Positions 6,487 through 8,104 of a stretch of 8,104 bases of DNA are shown piece after piece (within the stretch, counting starts at the first letter, position 1; each line of letters begins with the position of its first letter). The notes under the pieces are model-generated. The model searched no databases. It was given only the letters and a program-made list of their open reading frames with translations, and was not told the origin of the DNA. The position numbers and the translations under genes are program-made. This DNA is from a virus (taxonomy: Duplodnaviria > Heunggongvirae > Uroviricota > Caudoviricetes): IMG/VR virus record IMGVR_UViG_2698536337_000005; one strand, 5' to 3'.

Positions 6487-8104
6487 ATGGGTAAAGGCAG
6501 CAGTAAGGGGCATACCCCGCGCGAAGCGAAGGACAACCTGAAATCCACGCAGTTGCTGAGTGTGATTGATGCCATCAGCGAAGGGCCGGTTGACGGTCCG
6601 GTGGATGGATTAAAAAGCGTGCTGCTGAACGGTACGCCGGTCCTGGACAGCGAGGGGAAGACAAACCTTTCCGGTGTTACGGTGGTGTTCCGTGCAGGTG
6701 AGCAGGAGCAGACACCGCCGGAGGGTTTTGAATCCTCCGGCTCCGAGACGGTGCTGGGTACGGAAGTGAAATATGACACGCCGATCACCCGGACCATCAC
6801 GTCGGCAAACATCGACCGTCTGCGCCTGACCTTCGGTGTGCAGGCACTGGTGGAAACCACCTCAAAGGGTGACCGGAATCCGTCGGAAGTCCGCCTGCTG
6901 GTTCAGATACAGCGTAACGGTGGCTGGGTGACGGAAAAAGACATCACCATTAAGGGCAAAACCACCTCGCAGTATCTGGCCTCGGTGGTGGTGGATAACC
7001 TGCCGCCGCGCCCGTTTAATATCCGGATGCGCAGAATGACGCCGGACAGCACCACAGACCAGCTGCAGAACAAAACGCTCTGGTCGTCGTACACCGAAAT
7101 CATCGATGTGAAACAGTGCTACCCGAACACGGCACTGGTCGGCGTACAGGTGGATTCGGAGCAGTTCGGCAGCCAGCAGGTGAGCCGTAATTATCATCTT
7201 CGCGGGCGCATTCTGCAGGTGCCGTCGAACTATAATCCGCAGACGCGGCAATACAGCGGTATCTGGGACGGAACGCTTAAGCCAGCATACAGCAACAACA
7301 TGGCCTGGTGTCTGTGGGATATGCTGACCCATCCGCGCTATGGCATGGGGAAACGTCTTGGTGCGGCAGATGTGGATAAATGGGCGCTGTATGTCATCGG
7401 CCAGTACTGTGACCAGTCGGTGCCGGACGGCTTTGGCAGCACGGAGCCGCGCATCACCTGTAATGCCTGGCTGACCACACAGCGCAAGGCGTGGGATGTG
7501 CTCAGTGATTTCTGCTCGGCGATGCGCTGTATGCCGGTATGGAACGGGCAGACGCTGACGTTCGTGCAGGACCGACAGTCGGATAAGGTGTGGGCCTATA
7601 ACCGCAGTAATGTGGTGATGCCGGATGATGGCGCGCCGTTCCGCTACAGTTTCAGCGCCCTGAAAGACCGCCATAATGCCGTTGAGGTGAACTGGATTGA
7701 CCCAGATAACGGCTGGGAGACGGCGACAGAGCTTGTGGAGGATACGCAGGCCATTGTCCGTTACGGTCGTAACGTCACGAAGATGGATGCCTTTGGCTGT
7801 ACCAGCCGGGGGCAGGCACACCGCGCCGGGCTGTGGCTGATTAAAACGGAACTGCTGGAGACGCAGACCGTGGATTTCAGCGTGGGTGCTGAAGGGCTTC
7901 GTCATGTACCGGGCGATGTCATTGAAATCTGCGATGATGACTATGCCGGTATCCGCACCGGCGGGCGCGTGCTGGCGGTGAACAGCCAGACCCGGACGCT
8001 GACGCTCGACCGTGAAATCACGCTGCCATCCTCCGGCACCACGCTGATAAGCCTGGTTGACGGGCAGGGGAATCCGGTCAGCGTGGAGGTCCAGTCCGTC
8101 ACCG
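6487..8104 (+). CDS. J: Central tail fibre / host specificity protein J, N-terminal ~539 codons (3' end beyond window)
   Basis: Frame open from ATG 6487 to the window end; absent from the track only because it has no stop. MGKGSSKGHTPREAKDNLKSTQLLSVIDAISEGPVDGPVDGLKSVLLNGTPVLDSEGKTNLSGVTVVFRAGEQEQTPPEGFESSGSETVLGTEVKYDTPITRTI... matches my recollection of lambda gpJ. The minus-strand ORFs 6471-6860 and 6862-7905 are its antisense shadows. Confidence 0.95.
   Translation, partial: MGKGSSKGHTPREAKDNLKSTQLLSVIDAISEGPVDGPVDGLKSVLLNGTPVLDSEGKTNLSGVTVVFRAGEQEQTPPEGFESSGSETVLGTEVKYDTPITRTITSANIDRLRLTFGVQALVETTSKGDRNPSEVRLLVQIQRNGGWVTEKDITIKGKTTSQYLASVVVDNLPPRPFNIRMRRMTPDSTTDQLQNKTLWSSYTEIIDVKQCYPNTALVGVQVDSEQFGSQQVSRNYHLRGRILQVPSNYNPQTRQYSGIWDGTLKPAYSNNMAWCLWDMLTHPRYGMGKRLGAADVDKWALYVIGQYCDQSVPDGFGSTEPRITCNAWLTTQRKAWDVLSDFCSAMRCMPVWNGQTLTFVQDRQSDKVWAYNRSNVVMPDDGAPFRYSFSALKDRHNAVEVNWIDPDNGWETATELVEDTQAIVRYGRNVTKMDAFGCTSRGQAHRAGLWLIKTELLETQTVDFSVGAEGLRHVPGDVIEICDDDYAGIRTGGRVLAVNSQTRTLTLDREITLPSSGTTLISLVDGQGNPVSVEVQSVT

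Larger units (their letters stand above)
5564..6692. repeat. Direct overlap-duplication 3: 5564-6127 vs 6129-6692 (period 565); first ~35 nt of copy 2 strongly divergent
   Basis: I stop (5859-5861 vs 6424-6426), intergenic hairpin and J ATG (5922 vs 6487) all recur at +565. Copy 2 begins tatatggatgccgggggtaggaattatggcgagtaatctg where copy 1 has gccattggtgccggtggtatgaccggcattctg. Confidence 0.9.

Noticed and set aside
3857-6692. Duplicated K/I/J segments as a real multi-copy gene array or a novel accessory system
   Set aside because: Every duplicate boundary coincides exactly with an N, and the copies overlap the way unmerged contig ends do. No non-tail ORF is gained; this is addressed in the first finding rather than called a system.
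6471-7905. Minus-strand ORFs of 129 and 347 aa (6471-6860, 6862-7905), plus 5906-6115 and 6045-6355
   Set aside because: Antisense to J and to the I-J region. The 347-aa ORF is long only because J is long and GC-rich; its translation is Arg/His/Leu-rich with no recognisable motif.
1-8104. Search for cargo such as morons, defence genes, toxins, integrase, tRNA, CRISPR or IS elements
   Set aside because: None found. The + strand is fully occupied by tail genes with overlapping or tightly coupled junctions; the only intergenic spaces are 5 nt (L-K) and 60 nt (I-J).

Overview
This window is a textbook lambda-like (lambdoid) siphovirus tail module, not a novel system. All real genes are on the + strand in lambda order: the end of the T frame of the G-T tail assembly chaperone, H (tape measure, 853 aa), M (109 aa), L (232 aa), K, I (223 aa) and the first ~1.6 kb of J, which runs off the 3' end. 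Lengths, overlapping start/stop junctions (ATGGCTGA, ATGA, TGATG) and the protein sequences agree with my recollection of phage lambda gpH/M/L/K/I/J; the source is most likely an Enterobacteriaceae (E. coli-type) lambdoid phage or prophage. I see no RNA genes, CRISPR, integrase, IS elements or cargo genes, and every minus-strand ORF in the track is an antisense shadow. The most notable observation is three junctions marked by N bases (4017-4021, 4803, 6128). After each one the sequence restarts 144, 548 and 565 nt upstream in a related but non-identical copy. My leading interpretation is unmerged contig overlaps from two or more co-resident lambdoid tail-gene alleles; genuine tandem duplications are the less likely alternative. 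These junctions create chimeric ORFs (a 295-aa K, a 216-aa I-K fusion, an 80-aa J stub) that should not be taken as real genes. I could not run any search or alignment, so all identities are from reading the sequence and memory of lambda.
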